Below, piece by piece: positions 62,252 through 64,000 of a DNA stretch of 64,000 nucleotides; positions within the stretch are counted from its first letter, which is position 1; each line of letters opens with the position of its first letter. Both the position numbers and the translations under genes were made by a program. The notes beneath the pieces are model-generated. The model saw only the letters and a program-made list of their open reading frames with translations. It did no database searches and was not told the DNA's origin. Source of the stretch: Lingula anatina (taxonomy: Eukaryota > Animalia > Brachiopoda); assembly GCA_051362555.1 (NCBI GenBank), contig CM120648.1, positions 11,776,587-11,840,586 of the forward strand, read 5' to 3'.

Positions 62252-62849
62252 AGATCAGGATCTTTAAAAAGACTGTCATTGCGTCATAATGACAATGGGT
62301 GGCACTGCTAGTCAGACTTATGGCATCTCATAGCCAATCCCTGCAACCAGAGACGTCACCGACAAAAAAGGAAAAAACAGCAAAAAAATAAAGATGGGAA
62401 TTTAAAAAAAAAAGACTGTTAGGTGGCACTGCTGTTCAGTTCTATTTATTAATTTTTATTTGTTTATTTAAGTGTTTATTTATGACTTGAGAAGGGACCT
62501 TTGTGGCTGATGAACTAGGATGTATTTTTTTCCAACTTTTTTGTAGACAAAAAAAGTTCTATAAAATACTGGATTTTGTGGGAGATATTAATCTGGGCTT
62601 AATAGTTGCGCATTGTAAGGGGAGTCTTTGATAATGCTTGCATTTATATTCCCGTTGTCTTACAAAATTTTCTGCACATTCGACCTTTCTGGTCAGGTAA
62701 ACAGTTAGTCCTATTACATGAAATCTTTAGTTAGTGATGAAATCGTCACCATAGTTGTAGTCAGATGGGACATGTTTTGCTAGTCAGACACTTAGTCTAC
62801 TTCTCAGTTGCCCTACACCATTGCAGACTTGTTATACCATGTCATCTGC

Positions 62850-63636
62850 AATAAAACGACTATCTCATAAAATTCATTTACCTCAGGCTGCTTTTAGTAA
62901 AAACACCCACTCTCTAACATTTTTTTCGCTCTTTTGTGTATATTTGCATGTTATTATAAACATATGGTCATGTTAACTGTCCATTACATTTATTATTACC
63001 TTTTGCTTATATTTTCAAATTGTTATCGTTATTAGAGCCATCATGTCAATTTAATTCATTGTACTTTTGGTGTCAATATTTTTTTTCAAAATCTTGAACT
63101 TTTATGCCTGGATTATTATGGTTATTAGGTGCAGTATTGTCTTTTTTTTTTGCGTGTTTTTTTGTATGGTAGGTAAGGCTGTTATGACATGATAAAAATA
63201 AGAAAAATAAGTAAAAGAGGCAGATTTTTGTTGACAAGTTCTCCGTCTGGTATTGATAGCATTTTCCAATTGTCATTTCTTGTCACCAAGAACTTGGATG
63301 CTTAGATGCTTGAACAATGCAATATTTGACTCTTAAAAATGTCAATTTAATATTCGGCATGTTTTGAAGAATTAGAAGGCCTACTTTTTTTTAGTGAGAA
63401 TTGCCCTTTTCCAATCATGTTGATGTTTATTGATCGTGCCTTAAAAGTACGAATAGGGCAGTGAAGGAGTTAATCATTTCATATGTATTTAAAGAAATGT
63501 GAATTCATTTGTAAAAAGTCATAATTCTATACATAAGTAATTGATATTTAAAGGTTCACAAAGAATTGATATTTTTGCTTTTTTTTTCATAATTATCTGA
63601 TTTAATTGTTACACAATATTTAAAAAATGCAATAAA
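62850..63636 (+). terminator. Candidate ELYS polyadenylation signals AATAAA (62850 and 63631)
   Basis: Hexamers downstream of the stop codon in an AT-rich 3' UTR; usage unknown. Confidence 0.4.
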
Positions 63637-64000
63637 ATAACAATCGTAAGTAATAGTAGCTGTCTAATTATTAACTGAGCAATCAAATAAGAAAATGTTT
63701 CATTTTGAAAATTCTTAACATTAGGTCATGACTAGGATCTTGAAATTTGCCACCTTGAAATGTGCAATTACTTTTGCCCCAATAATATTTATCTATTGAC
63801 CACTTTTTTCAAATTTAACTAAAATACACTGTTATAACAAAATTTATCCGGCTATATATGCCTTTTTATTCACATTATTCACATTTTACATTAGAAGGAA
63901 CCTTTCTATTAAGTGTGTCAGTTGATAACAAATCGATCATATCGTTTGGATAAAATCGTGCTTATGTTTATTTTGAACCGATATAAACTAACATATACTT

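Overview
AT-rich animal (invertebrate, probably mollusc/lophotrochozoan; inference from repeat types) genomic DNA holding two head-to-head, intron-rich genes that share a promoter region of roughly 500 bp. (1) Plus strand: a complete ELYS/AHCTF1 nucleoporin gene that I assembled by hand into 39 phase-consistent coding exons (36647-62251, 6657 nt, about 2218 aa). (2) Minus strand: the first 6 coding exons of an AFAP1-family adaptor gene (ATG at 35705, continuing past the left edge), with 21.5 kb and 10.3 kb introns. Introns carry two large Helentron-associated (HINE-like) elements with internal satellite arrays, an internally deleted Gypsy LTR element with intact TSD and tRNA-Ser PBS, at least 7 copies of a 3-bp-TSD MITE, other hairpin MITEs, decayed hammerhead/Penelope-like relics and many microsatellites. 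The most unusual signal is that five separate exon boundaries of ELYS have local tandem duplicates that create decoy splice sites or a decoy terminal ORF. Most short ORFs in the track are spurious or are exon fragments. All family assignments come from remembered motifs, not database searches.
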